Assembly: GCF_006345805.1 (NCBI RefSeq)
Contig: NC_043012.1
Span: forward strand, 10,044,001 to 10,108,000
Reading direction: 5' to 3'
DNA: 64,000 bases
Source of the DNA: Octopus sinensis
Taxonomy: Eukaryota
The notes beneath the pieces were generated by a model. It had not been told where the DNA came from. It did not search any database and saw only the letters and a program-made list of their open reading frames with translations. Below are positions 50,660-64,000 of this stretch, one piece after another; the first letter of the stretch is position 1; every line of letters begins with the position of its first letter. A program made the translations under genes and the position numbers.

Positions 50660-51115
50660 TTACAAAAAGTGAGGGAGAAAGAAAACAAGAAGAGAGAAAA
50701 AGATGGAGGGAGAAATAGAGGGAGAGAGAAGAATCAATGACGTGAGTTAGAGAGAATGTAATTGTAACGCTTTTACCCGATTAGTTGAAAGGAAAGAAAG
50801 GAGAAAGGAAAAGGAGAAAAAGAGGACAAGACGAAGAGTGAGACAGAAAGAGAGAGAAAGAAAAGAGGAAAAGAGAAGAGTCTATGACGTGAGATAGGGG
50901 AAACGTAAGTTAGTGGAATGTACTGATATAGAGAGACTTAGAAATATGATTTTAGCAGAGGGGTGATATTCCATTGGTGAGGTTAAAGAAAGGTAGAGAA
51001 AGAGGAAAGGGAGGGAGGGGAGAGACAAGAGGGACAGAGAGGGGGGATGGAGAGAGTGGGAGAGAGAGGAGGGAGAGAGAGGGAGACGATGGTGGTGGTG
51101 GAGGTGGCGGTGGTG
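50660..51115. promoter_or_regulatory. GA-rich purine tract with two ATGACGTGAG (CRE/ATF-like) motifs, ~3.3 kb upstream of the GPCR ATG
   Basis: TGACGTGAG at 50738-50746 and 50885-50893. Regulatory function is speculation. Confidence 0.2.
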
Positions 51116-52899
51116 ATTGCATAGGAAAAAGTTTATATGTTTAAACTTGAACTAGATATTTTTATATCACCTACAACTAAACGTATGCGCATAAGTGCAA
51201 TTCCTTGAAATATTCAGAATTATTTAGGTGGCAGATATATGCAATTTAACTAAAGGCTGCATCATGTACACGGGATATTTTTTTTCTTTATGTTAAAAAT
51301 GGAAAAATATGAGTCAATATTTATTCTATGTGTGCCGTAGGTAAGTGTAAAAATTGTGCTTAAAATATATAAACTGTATATATAAAGTGCATTAAGTAAT
51401 CATCGTATTCCAATTTCTTTCACTTTTCAATGAGTTGGAGATGAACGATTATCTTTCCCTACAGACACAGCACGGGTTATGTTGTCAAGTTTTGGTCTAA
51501 ATTTTCAGAAATAACTTAGTATTTTTACTCTTAATTCCGTGAAATATTCATGGGTCCTGTTAGTGTACTATCGTTTTGTGTTCCAGAGTCATTTTCATAC
51601 AACTAAACAATAGTTACCTTTAAGCCGTTCTATAGAGCACGTGTAACAGCGAAATGCTATTTTTCTTAGAATTTGATCAAGTGAATAACATATTTAGTCA
51701 GTTGGTCTGAAATCGAATCATCTTGTTTCAGTACATTTTCGATATATACGAAGGTGACAAATAAATGAAGAAGAAACTTTCTGACATTGGTAAAATGCAT
51801 TCTAGCACATTTATGTATGTATCACAGATGTAATTTGCAAGAGGATAACTAAATAGCAATTTGCAGATCAATTCCTAAATTTCCCTCGATATTCAAAGCA
51901 TCACATAGATGAACACATTTATCGATTCTTAGCTTATAGTTATTTATTTTCATGTCAGTTGGGAGTAAGAAGTTCTCACTTGCGCGTAGCAGAAATATCC
52001 CCCAAAGAAATGATGGAGATATAATGAAGTGGATTGTTTCATCCTATCAATAACATATTATAATAAAAATTGTTTTTCAATACTTTCTTCCCATCAAACT
52101 TTGGACCCTAATGATGACTTTTCCAAAACAAAGTTCCTATGAGCGATTTCTTTCTGGAAATTCCACGGGGGTTTGGTCAAATTTTTGCAGAATTTATTAT
52201 TATTATATAATGTACCCTTGTCACACAAAAAAATAGAATTATTACCCAATCGGAAATAAATGTATTTAAACGAAGTTTATGATTTATGGAGGGAATTTTA
52301 TTTGCATGAACGATAACCTACATTTGATTCAAAATATACGTAATTTTAAATCGCATTATATAATCTTTATTTTCAAGTAACACACACTGGATACCTAAAA
52401 ATGTTTCTCACAGATAATTGTGACAGCATTGCCTTGCCTCTTCGTGTATATGATCCTTGATGAGAATTTCTAGAAGTTGACATCCGCAACATTTGGTAGT
52501 GAACGACGTATCCCATCTCTGCTGTAAATAACATGATACATTTTAATATAGACATCAATCTGGCTTTATAAGACCCTTCAGATCCAAACGAAGTCATTCA
52601 AAGTCAATATTTATTTTTTCTTGGAGGCCATGTGATTTTGCTCTATTTCCATTTTAGCAAATTCTTCACATGATTCTCGAGACATTGCTATGGGTCGTAG
52701 CACTTTTCCCTTTGAGAAAGGCATACCTAGAGCTTATTCCCAGCTTTAATTCCATAAGTACAGAAGCAATGGACATTTCGCAAACCAAAACAACTGAATT
52801 ACACTCATTATACAACTTTTTTTGTATCTGTAAATTTTTATCTTTTTCTTTACGTAACAACTCTCCCTCTATTTTTGACGTTTATATGTGACTGGATTC

Positions 52900-53350
52900 T
52901 TGATGACACTTCTCTCTCCCTTCACTTTAATTTGGTTTTGATCGTTGTATTTGGTTTCTGGATGTCTGGTAAAAAAAAAATCGATATTTTCCTCTCTTTC
53001 GTTGCGCTTTCTACTTCGATATCTTGTTAACATCTATTCAAGAAACTTTTCTTTGGAGTACAGTTTCAGTTTGTCTACAAGTAACATACCTGCTAGAACC
53101 ATTTATTCTTTCATTTTCACATCGTTTATCTTGTTTCTGGATTCAATGTACTTATCGATTGAAAAATTTTATCCTTTGGTATTCGCTCCCATTTCATCTT
53201 GTTGGAGGTCATGTCTTCATCGATTCACATCGATTTTCCTTGGCCTTCTATCAACCGATTAATTTGCTGAAGCCATTGTGTTTCTTTTGCTATTTATTGC
53301 CAGACATTTCAAGTGATGTTAAACTCAGAAATCTTAGAACTGTTTATCGC
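52900..53350 (-). mobile_element. Possible highly degraded LINE (RTE-like) EN-RT linker fragment
   Basis: Fragmentary translations (KYIESRNKINDV; KEKFLE..DIE) resemble the helical linker of RTE ORFs. Many stops. Confidence 0.3.
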
Positions 53351-53459
53351 TAAATCCTTTAAAGAAGACAGATTATAGAACATATTGGAAATATTTTCTT
53401 CTCTTCTCTTCTATGATGTGACCATTATATATATATACATACATACATGCATACATTTG

Positions 53460-53491
<32 letters not shown>

Positions 53492-53533
53492 CTTATATAT
53501 GTGTATACGTACATACCTACTTATATGTATTCA

Positions 53534-53680
53534 TATTGTTGAAAGTTACAGGAAAACAAAAGACAAATGCAGGTATATAAACAACAAGCAGGTGTATTAG
53601 CTTGACGCTCCGGAAGGTGAGACTATTTTTACGTTTCAAGCCTACGCTCTTCTACAGAAAGGAATACAAGCAAATATTCA
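53534..53680 (-). mobile_element. Second copy of the variant hammerhead-like repeat family
   Basis: 53626-53662 reverse complement matches 25179-25215 at 36/37 nt; the rest of the copy is visibly more diverged. Flanked by TA/CA tracts. Confidence 0.55.
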
Positions 53681-53694
53681 TATACATACACAAA

Positions 53695-53742
<48 letters not shown>

Positions 53743-53817
53743 CATTCATATATACACACACATATATATATATATATGCATAAAAACATAGATATATATA
53801 TATACATGCATGCATAC

Positions 53818-53848
<31 letters not shown>

Positions 53849-53942
53849 ATATATATACATATACATATTTACACAATATATATATACATACAAACATATA
53901 TATACATATATATGTATATATATGTATATATAAATATATATG

Positions 53943-53990
<48 letters not shown>

Positions 53991-54059
53991 CATATATATA
54001 TTCATCTGCACGTAGTCAATGTGAATTCTTTCCTTTTGTGGTTGCTTCTTCATGAAATA

Positions 54060-55870
54060 AGTGGACCGAATTCCATCTCCTTCTCAACAACAATTGAAGA
54101 TCAAACTGTTCGTATTTATAAAGAATCCTGCTTTACTTTAAATTTGTGAGAAGATTACAATAATTGGGACAGAACAACGTCTGAGGCTTCAGTGTCACGC
54201 ACACCTGTTTCTTTGACATATTCGTTTTACAATTCCTCTCCTGAATTGTGAAGCAAGTAATCCATTAGCGTTGTGGCACAAATATAAGAATGATTTTTCA
54301 GAAGAATACAAATATCAAGCACAGTTAGGATTCCCTCAAAGGGAAATAGCATTCAACTATTACATATAAAATTCTGCATTGGCTGGTATTGAAAATCGCG
54401 TTGTCTCATTGGGAGGGGAGGAGCTCTGCAAGTTTGGTTTACCTGAAGCTCATCGAAATGAAGTGGATAATTTGATCACAGAAGTTTTGCCAGAAGCGTC
54501 ATATGATATTGATTCATTAAGATTCCTTGAATAAATCTACCGAAACTTTTGCCAGTCCAACAACTTGCATATACAACAATCATTGATCAAGTGACACTTA
54601 AGAGAGGAGGATTATATGTTTTAGACACTCCAGGAGGAACTGGAAGAACTTTTGTTACAAATTTAGTGCTAGCCAATGTCCGGCAGAAAAAAGGGAATAT
54701 CCTTAGCTTTAGAGAGCAGTGGAATTTCAGTGATCACTCTCAGGTGGTCGAACAGCTCATGCATCATTCAAACTGCCTTTCAATCTAATTTCAAATGATG
54801 AACCGCTCAGCAATATTAGTAAAAGTACTTCTTTAGCTCAAGTTCTCAAGAAATGTTGTCTAATCATATGGCACGAGGCTATAATGTTCCATAAAACAAA
54901 ATCAAAACAAACTGTTAACAGAATGCTGCAGGATTTGCACAATTCCCATTGTCTGATGCAAGGTATGACAGTAGTACTTACAGGTAATTCAAAACAATCT
55001 TTGCCAGTGATTCCCAGGGGAACAAAGGTGGATGAATTGAAAGCATGCTTCAAATATTCTGTTTTATGGAAACATATCAAAGTGTTAATACGAGAGCACA
55101 TTTGCATGAGGATCATCCGTCGGAACAATTTGCCCATACTATTTGGTACTTTGGAGAAGAAAGGCTAGATATCGATCATGGAGGTGACTTGAATCCATCA
55201 AATATCTTCGCCTTGGTCCGCTCGTTTGAAGAACATATTGAAAAAGCTTTTCCAAGTATAATTTCCAATTACGCAAATGCTGCTGGTGTGCGAAAAGTAA
55301 TCGTGGCACCAAAGACCGTTACTGTGTATGATTTAAATGAAAGACAGAAAAAATCTTTTGCCAGGAAATGAATATAAATACAAAACTATAGACTCTGTTG
55401 TGGATGAATCGGAAATAGTCAATTATCCGGTTGACTTCTTAAACTCACTGCAGTCACCAGGACTTCTTTGCTTTCCGTTAATAATAGGCGCTCCAGTTAT
55501 GCTTCTGCACAAAGTTTCTCAACGAAAACTATGCAATGGCCCAAGACTTGTGTCGAAAAATTAATGAGAAATGTCACACAGGCCACAATAATTTCTGACT
55601 GTGAAAAAAATTGAATATTTTTTTTATTCTTCTCTTACTTTTAGTACCTTCCGATATTCCCTTCGAGTTCAAACGACTTAAATTTCCAATACGTCTGTCT
55701 TTTGCGATGCCCATTAATAAGTCCAAAGATCAGACATTGAAAGTTGGTGGTTTGCAATTAGAAGGTCACTGTTTCTCGCACGGTCAGTTATATTTTGGGA
55801 CATCCAGAGTGGGGAGTAAAAACAATGTTTTCATTTTTGCCAGTAATTACAGCTTGAATTCCACGAGGTA
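54060..55870 (+). pseudogene. Degenerate Helitron Rep-Hel (PIF1-like helicase domain)
   Basis: LDTPGGTGRTF (Walker A), LIIWHEA, VVLTGNSKQSLPVIPRGT, GAPVMLL...[40 protein letters not shown]. Many frameshifts and stops. Confidence 0.9.
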
Positions 55871-56102
55871 TGGAATCGTAACAGTTTGAATTCTTTCCAA
55901 AGTAACTTTTCTTCCATTCTTCAGCTAAAACAGTCTCCAGTTCTTCTTGTGATCATGGTGGATGATATCCATTCCTTACATGTTTTTCTAAAATGCACCA
56001 TAAATGTTAAATAATATTGAGACCTGTATGTATGTATATATATATATGTAAATATATACATATATATATGTGTGTGTGTGTGTGTGTATACATATATGTA
56101 GG

Positions 56103-56126
<24 letters not shown>

Positions 56127-56133
<7 letters not shown>

Positions 56134-56408
56134 ATCACGTGACCGACCAGGCTATCGGATGTTGCCACACATCACTGGTCACAATACTCTTCGCATTGTT
56201 TTAGCCTTCATTGACGCTACCCGGCTTACTAGGTGAGCAGGCCTATAGAAGAAAAAGTCCTGCATGGATCACCACCACTCCCTGCTGGAGCCATGTGGAG
56301 CTTTAAGTGTTTTCGCTCAATAAATACTATGACGCCTGGTCTGGGAATCGAAACCATGATCCTATGACCGCGAATCTGCTGCCCTAACCACTGGGCTATT
56401 GCGCTCCA
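56127..56408 (-). mobile_element. Full-length family C SINE
   Basis: Same head; 3' end GGTCGGTCACGTGATCACGTGA. Confidence 0.85.
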
Positions 56409-56514
56409 CATACACACACACACACACACACATATTTATATATATAGACATATATAATACACACTGACGCACGCACATACAAACATACACACGTACGTAC
56501 ACACACACACACTA

Positions 56515-56805
56515 TAGCGTCAGGCCCACGTCGTGACTGGATTTCGTGTACGGAAACTGAAAGTAGGCTGTCCTATATATGTGTATATTTTGTGTGTGTG
56601 TGCGTATGTGTATGCGTGTGTGTGTGTCTTTTTTTGTACCCCCACCATCGCTTGACAACCGATGTTGCTGTGTTTTCTGTCTCGTAACTTGGTTGTTTGG
56701 CAAAACACACCGATGGAATAAGTCCAAGACCTGGGGTCGAATTCTTCGATTAAATGCGGTGCTATAGCATAACAGCAGTCACATCACCAAAACAAGTAAA
56801 ACTAT
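56515..56805 (+). mobile_element. Degenerate family B SINE
   Basis: CGGAAACTGAAAG..GCTTGACAACCGATG..GCGGTGCTATAGCAT..CAGTC. Confidence 0.7.
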
Positions 56806-56825
56806 AAAACTTTATGCCATTTTAA

Positions 56826-56854
56826 TCACGAGCAACGCTGGGTATCTCTGCTAG
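56826..56854 (+). mobile_element. Helitron 3' terminus (GC-rich subterminal motif plus CTAG|T)
   Basis: CACGAGCAACGCTGGGTATCTCTGCTAG|T, similar to the terminus of the 49909-50209 element. Confidence 0.6.
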
Positions 56855-56895
<41 letters not shown>

Positions 56896-57493
56896 TCATA
56901 CATACATCCGCAGACAGATTGCTTAACTTCGACAATCCTTCTTGCTCAATGGTTTATTATATGTAGCAACTTGTAACGCGTGGTATTTTCTTGTTATCGA
57001 TTTGATATATTAGTTAAAAACTTGTATTCTGCTGTCTAGGTCGGAGTTCTTAATTGCAATTGAACCATATTTAACGTCTAACCTTGTCGCTTATTAATAA
57101 TTGCAAAATCTATTATTCGCATTTAAAAATATTTGTTCAGAAAATTAATCTTCTTTCATATGAAAACCATGTATATCATTTGGATAACAACATCATTCTC
57201 TTATTTAGCATACATTTATCATTTTTAATAAATTGAAGATTTTATAATTAAAGAAATACATTATAAGTTTTAGAAACTCATATATAATTGTCATAGGATG
57301 TGAGATTCGTTTCGAAATCATTTAAAATCTCTTCAGACTTTCAGTAACTTAGATTTAATACTGTGATTCGGAAGGTTCAATGTCCATACAAGCAGTCCCC
57401 TATAAATACACATTCATTTTATATATACATACATGCATACATGCATACATACATACATACATACATACATACATACATACATACATACATACA

Positions 57494-57529
<36 letters not shown>

Positions 57530-57597
57530 CTTATATATATATATACTTCCATATGCATACAGATACATGCATATATACATATATGCAAACATCAATA

Positions 57598-57629
<32 letters not shown>

Positions 57630-57645
57630 GACATACACACACACG

Positions 57646-57678
<33 letters not shown>

Positions 57679-59428
57679 GTGTATGTGTATGCTATAGTTA
57701 CGTGGTCGCATACATACTGGGGTTCATATCACGGAATAAATACTTGAACGTTTTGTCCCAGCATGATCACTGTGCAATCGTTGAAATCAGTTATATAATA
57801 AAAAAATTACGCACGCGATATCTCTTTTAATTGCATCTCCTTCTATGACCCCATCGTAATCAGGAATAATATTTCATGAATCAGTGATTATTTCCATTGT
57901 TAATTGCAACAGATAACGTGAAATTGACGTTATAGAATATTGAAGATATAAGTTATCGAGAGAACGTTGGAACCGCTGTACGCAGAGAGGTTTTTACAAA
58001 CAGACTAACTTACAAGCACATACAGTGTCACCAGTGCACGCACACACACAAACACGTACACACACTTAATCCTCTGTCTCCTTCTCTCTTTCTCTCTCCC
58101 TCCTTTTCTCTCTCCCCTTTCTCCCTCTCCCTCTTTCTCTCTCTCTCCCTCTTTCGCTCTCCCTCTCTCTCCCTCCTTCTTCATAACTCAAACACAGACA
58201 CACGTATTCGCACAAAAATATTATTTCTTAGGCGTAATATCAAATCACCCAAAGATGCTAATTTTTTCTTTGAAAATACTTTTAATTTCCATCTTTTCTA
58301 TGGAGTGTATTGATTTAAACGTCGTATCCGATAATATATATCTTCTAGTCAAGACTAATCTTCAATGGTATGTTAATCTTCTTGAATATGGGAAAGTGTT
58401 GATGATTGTATTTCTCTGTTGTTGAAGTCAATCAAGAGAATTATCTGCTCCTGAATTAGCATATAACTGGGAGATTCTGAGAAAGGCTCAACCTAATAAA
58501 ATGAGTGAATTAAAGGTACGACCATTTGATGGACTTCTACACGATCGTCACCAACCTCCATCTTGCTCACACGGTATTGTTCCTCCCCAGGTTATAGAAA
58601 ATTACTCCTGCCTATAGACGCTACTCACTGAGATTGCACTGAGGACCTCTTGTTGTGAAGCAAACAAATATACTATAATGGCAGATTGTCTCTTTACTAT
58701 AATGGCAGTTTTCCTTAGTCAAAATATATCTGCCCTGCTTTGAATTCTTCATTCAGATTTTAATCAAATTCCCTTTGTTACCACAATTCGGGCCACCTCT
58801 TTCACTTGAGGAAAACATCTTTCTTGCCGCTACTCCCCCACCACCTCACGAAGTAGAAATAAAATTCCCTCTAAACTATACTCTTAAGTGAAGAAGAAAC
58901 GTAAACTATTTTAGTAAATTATCAAAACGGATATATAATTTTAATCAAATTATTTCAAAGTTTTAAATTATTCGTGATGTTGTCGGTAATAGGACAGTGA
59001 GCTATTTATTCGTTGCCGAAATTATTATCAAACAAGGATCGCACAAATATTTAAGAAGAAAAATGAATGCCGAATATGCTTAAATAGTTTTATATTTTAT
59101 GACGATATAAACAACCATCGGATGGTACAATTTAGCCGGAAGTTTACTATCAGATACACTGTTTGTCAGTTCTTACAATTCCAGCTTCACAATAGTCTCA
59201 ACTATAACATTTAACATATTGTCATTCTGTCACGGCCCACGCCACATGTCCAATAAATATGTTTTAACATTTTTGTATCTGTATAATTGTCCTTCAATGC
59301 TCTGTATAACTAGCCTTTCGAAGAAATTCGGAAGCAGTCCCTGACGGCCTCACGCTCATAGAAAAATGGTTTGCATGACACATAGCTGTGAATATAACTT
59401 ACATGTGCATATATATATATATACATAC

Positions 59429-59555
<127 letters not shown>

Positions 59556-59824
59556 TATCTATCTTTCTAGAAAAAGAATCACTTCACTGGTAGTTCAAAT
59601 TTCTTCTTTAAAAATTAATTTAATAACGTAACTTTTACTCTTTGGTTCGTAGATCTATATTTTATGTTTGTGTCTGGGCTGGTCGTGTTACTGGGGTATG
59701 AGTTATGTGGCTTGTGATTAAAATGTCTGTTGATATAATTGTTTTTTTTATATATTGGTTTAGGAATGATATCATGGTAGCTCACATATTTACTACCCTA
59801 TATATAATAAACAGAAAGTATAGA

Positions 59825-60120
59825 TACTGTTATAGCCTGGGCTTCAGAGGTCTACAGCTCTTCAATATCCTCCCGAAGGACATGAGAGACTTGCATGGGG
59901 TGGATGCAGATGTTTTAAAATAAAACTGGACCTCTTCCTGTCAGGTGTCCCAGATGAACCAACTTCACGGCAGGAGGTGCAGATGAGGGCAGCTGCATCA
60001 AACTCTCTCGTGCACCAAATGTCAATTGCTAAAAAGCATTCGTGAAGTAAAATCATGTAGCAACACCGAATGGCGGTGCCCCAGCATGGCCACAGCTCGT
60101 GAGCTGAAACTAGATAAAAT
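59825..60120 (+). mobile_element. Second, shorter 3' fragment of the same CR1/L2-group LINE
   Basis: High similarity to about 33010-33300, with the same 3' terminus and an A-rich tail. Confidence 0.85.
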
Positions 60121-60142
60121 AAAAAATATAATAAAAAATACA

Positions 60143-60232
<90 letters not shown>

Positions 60233-60597
60233 CTTGTGTGCGTGTGTGTATTCCCACGTACACAAACATGACACACATATAAATACACATGTATCTATTA
60301 TATATATATTTAAATTAACAAGGATTTAAAAAATATCCCCACCCAAATTAACAAAGAACTTACTAGATCTAAGAACTAACGTGTAAAATTTATATTATTA
60401 AGAAACTAAAAAATTACAAAATATACTGATTAGAATTACCAGTGAAATCATTGTTATTTTTTTCTAATATACCTAACTATACCAAGAATCTCAAACATTT
60501 TCCAATATATGTACAAATATATATAGATACATACATACATACATACACATATATATATATTATATATATCATACATACATACATTTATATATATATG

Positions 60598-60649
<52 letters not shown>

Positions 60650-60837
60650 TATTTGCGGGTACAGCCAATGGGAAAATGTCAGTCCTATCGTAAAAAGTGT
60701 GAAACTGAACAGTACCAATTTGTCGATGACTGATGACGAATTACGAACTTTTTGGCTGCTTCCCGTTCATTTCTACATTCACTATACGTTACGTCGTTTG
60801 TTTATACATCGTCAATTTATATACATACATACATTCA

Positions 60838-60924
<87 letters not shown>

Positions 60925-61005
60925 GAAAAAAAAAAACACCTTTTATCAATTCAAAATGAATTCTTTTTCCTTGTAAGTTTTGATTTTATTCCTTCAAATA
61001 ATGAT

Positions 61006-61040
<35 letters not shown>

Positions 61041-61152
61041 GTATGTATATATATATATGTTTATATATATATATATATATATATGTATGTTTGTTGTGTG
61101 TGAGTGTGTGTGTGTTATGTATATTTATACATATATATATATATATATATAT

Positions 61153-61183
<31 letters not shown>

Positions 61184-61723
61184 CATGATACCCTTTAGTG
61201 AGCATATAGAGAAATGCGCAAAACAACTGGTACCACAATTTGTTCCTTTCCATTCTATCAATGTGCCATTGGAAGACAAACACAAGTTAGAGTAAATAAG
61301 GAAACTCACCTCATTGAAAAAATATAAAGTAAAACCGAACCACTTGTAACATCCTATTCCTTCTAAAGTAAATTATGTTAAATTAATCAAGCCTAGTCAT
61401 TCCCAACATTTTTGATTATCTCCCTTATACCGGAAAAAAATCCTTGATTAGCTTCCCGTGTGTGGAACTCCATATTTCACAACATAGCGAAGACATGTAA
61501 CGATATAGGTAAAGAAATTTGAGACATTCGAAAAGAAAATACGAAACCGGTTATTTCTCCATAGAATATGTTACTATACGCAACATTTTATAACATTTTT
61601 TCTAAAATAACGATTTAAATATATTCATTAAACATATAACACTAGACTTTTGCAGTTTTTTCACTCTTTTTTGTCTTTTATATATACGTAATATATATAA
61701 TATATATATATATATATCTACAC

Positions 61724-61780
<57 letters not shown>

Positions 61781-61884
61781 TATATATATATCTATATATA
61801 TATTATATATATATATATATACACATATATTTCTTATGAAATCAATTATCTACCACTTTATATCCGCAATATCAAAAATATTTT

Positions 61885-61968
61885 CTACTCTAGGCACAAG
61901 GCCAGTAATTTTGTGGTAGGGGGCCAGTCGATTAGATTGACCCCAGTACACAACTGGTACTTAATTTA
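61885..61968 (-). mobile_element. Family A SINE 3' fragment
   Basis: GGCACAAGGCCAG..GTCGATTAGATTGACCCCAGT..CTGGTACTTAATTT. Confidence 0.7.
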
Positions 61969-62617
61969 GTCACGCCGATATAAATGTATATATGTTTGCA
62001 TTCATAATTTAATACTTTTGCTTTAAAATAACTTAGAATTTACTTCAGATTCATGCTATGCAAAAATATAGCAGCTTTGTCTTTTTTTTTTTTTTTCGAG
62101 AATAGGAAGAGATATTCGGCCAAGCAATATCCATGTGTGATCACGGTGTTTGGAATCGAACAACATATTTCTTGAAACCCATTTATATTATAAAGAAAAA
62201 GTAAGTGAATAAAGACAGTACAACATCAGAAACGCTTCAAGGTATTTTTTTACATCCATGCGTATAGAATTTCGCATGTAAATATTTAGTTAATGTTTTA
62301 ACCTCAAACCATAAATAAGAACTTCGTGCATTTTTGTATAGTAAACAGCGGAATGAATTAAATTACTCATTTCATTCATCGGGTTGTTTTTTCGCTCAAG
62401 CTTCGATATTATACTGTCCATTACTGACCTGCTAGCATTAAGTGACTGACAAATTACGTTAACGAGATTATAGAGGGCTGTAAAAGGAAAATGGAATAGA
62501 AAACATTTATAACATCAAATGTTAGGAAGATTGCCTGGAAAGAATTCTGTTTCCTGTTGAAATGTTTGGATTTCTGGCCTAACGATTGGCCATTGTGAAT
62601 TAGAGGAGTAAAATATA

Positions 62618-62658
<41 letters not shown>

Positions 62659-63140
62659 CTTACAAAATAAGGTCAAAAGAAAAATTCTAATGTCAAATAT
62701 GCCGAAAAAAGGCAAAATTGTCAATAAGCATTATAATTTATGTGTCTCGAAACAAGCCGATAGAAATTTCCCAAAAAATCCGTTATTACCGTATTGGTCC
62801 CAATTTCGGGGTTAATTCATAAGAATTTTCCCCTCCGTTGGACGGGTTTTGGGAGTCCAATAACACCCTGCACGCTTATTTGATTATGAAGATTTACAAA
62901 CATACTTTCCCAGTGATACTCAGTTTACCTACCATTATAAATAATACCAAATGTTCTTTCTCAAACCTTTCACAATGTGATACACGTCTTTCGTGTAGCA
63001 ATTGCATGCGGCTGAAGAGGGCTTTTAAAATATCTGTTATGTCGATTATACATTGATGTAAGAGTAAGTTGTTTTATAAAGCTCAAAACATGTGTACCGC
63101 GACATCCTTTGTGTCCTGTTTTTTTATTTTATTTCATTTG

Positions 63141-63188
<48 letters not shown>

Positions 63189-63416
63189 AGAAGTTTGATG
63201 AGGAACAAACGAATTGATCCATATGGAAAATTGTGAAGGTAGAAAATGATAAAATAATTTTATAAAAAACATTTCAGAATTTTTCAACTGTAAGTATAGA
63301 AAATAATTAAATTTCAGAAAAATTAGAAATTTTTTCTTAAAAGAATATTTGTATAGTATTCAAATACAAGGGGCAGTATCCTTCTTTCTGCCTTGTTTCT
63401 ACCTTGACTTTTCTCC

Positions 63417-63470
<54 letters not shown>

Positions 63471-63749
63471 TATATATATTATATATATATATATATAATA
63501 CATATATATATATATATGCATATATATATATACATATATATATATATACATATATATATATACATATATATATACATATATATATATATATGTATACATG
63601 TATGTATGTATGCATGCGTGTATTTATGCATATGTATATATGTAAGTATATGTATATATATATATATATGTATATATATGCATACATATACGTATGTATA
63701 TATGTGCGTGTGTGTGTGCATATATATGTACGTATATGTGTGTGTGTAA

Positions 63750-64000
63750 AGGCGCTTGGCTTAGTGGGTAGAACATTCGGCTCACGGTCGTAGAGTTGTG
63801 AGTTCAATTTCCGTCGAGGTGTTGTGACCTTGAGCAAGATACTTCATTTTCAAGCTTCTCCAGTCCACTAAGTTGAAATGCAGTAGTACCTGTATTCCAA
63901 AAGGCCAGCCTTATCCCACTCTGTGTCACGCTGAATCTCCCTAAGAACCACTTTAAGGGTACAGGTGTCTGTGGAGTACTCATTCACTTACACGTTAATT
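63750..64000 (+). mobile_element. Family D SINE running off the window end
   Basis: GGCTTAGTGG A-box, GAGTTCAATT B-box, GTGACCTTGAGCAAG, GTGTCACGCTGAATCTCC..AAGGGTACA.GTGTCTGTGGAG. Confidence 0.85.

Noticed and set aside
60725-60760. CTGATGACGAATTACGAAC in a (TA)n-flanked insert
   Set aside because: Stem II and GAAA are not properly formed and there is no stem I or III. At best a decayed motif.

Overview
AT-rich, microsatellite-dense animal DNA. The SINE repertoire and repeat landscape resemble Octopus or another coleoid cephalopod (inferred from pattern recognition, not verified). The only host coding sequence I can support is a 735-bp minus-strand first coding exon (47464-46730, TM1-TM5, clean GT donor) of an RYamide/luqin-type neuropeptide GPCR. 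I found no TM6-TM7 exon, so 1-46729 is probably one very large intron. The rest is mobile DNA: at least five tRNA-headed or SINE-like families (labelled A-F here), CR1/L2-type and RTE LINE remnants, DD34D mariner and DD37D maT remnants, MITEs, and Helitron pieces. Most ORFs in the supplied track are microsatellite noise. The main find is at 33328-34660: an inverted-plus-tandem repeat (533-nt period) carrying three type I hammerhead ribozyme motifs with a fully canonical core and a minimal palindromic stem III. This is the architecture of Penelope-like-element pLTRs and retrozymes. It sits inside the microsatellite of a SINE, next to a LINE fragment that shares that SINE's 3' stem-loop. A second, variant hammerhead-like family and several (TA)n-anchored fold-back palindromes occur elsewhere in the window.
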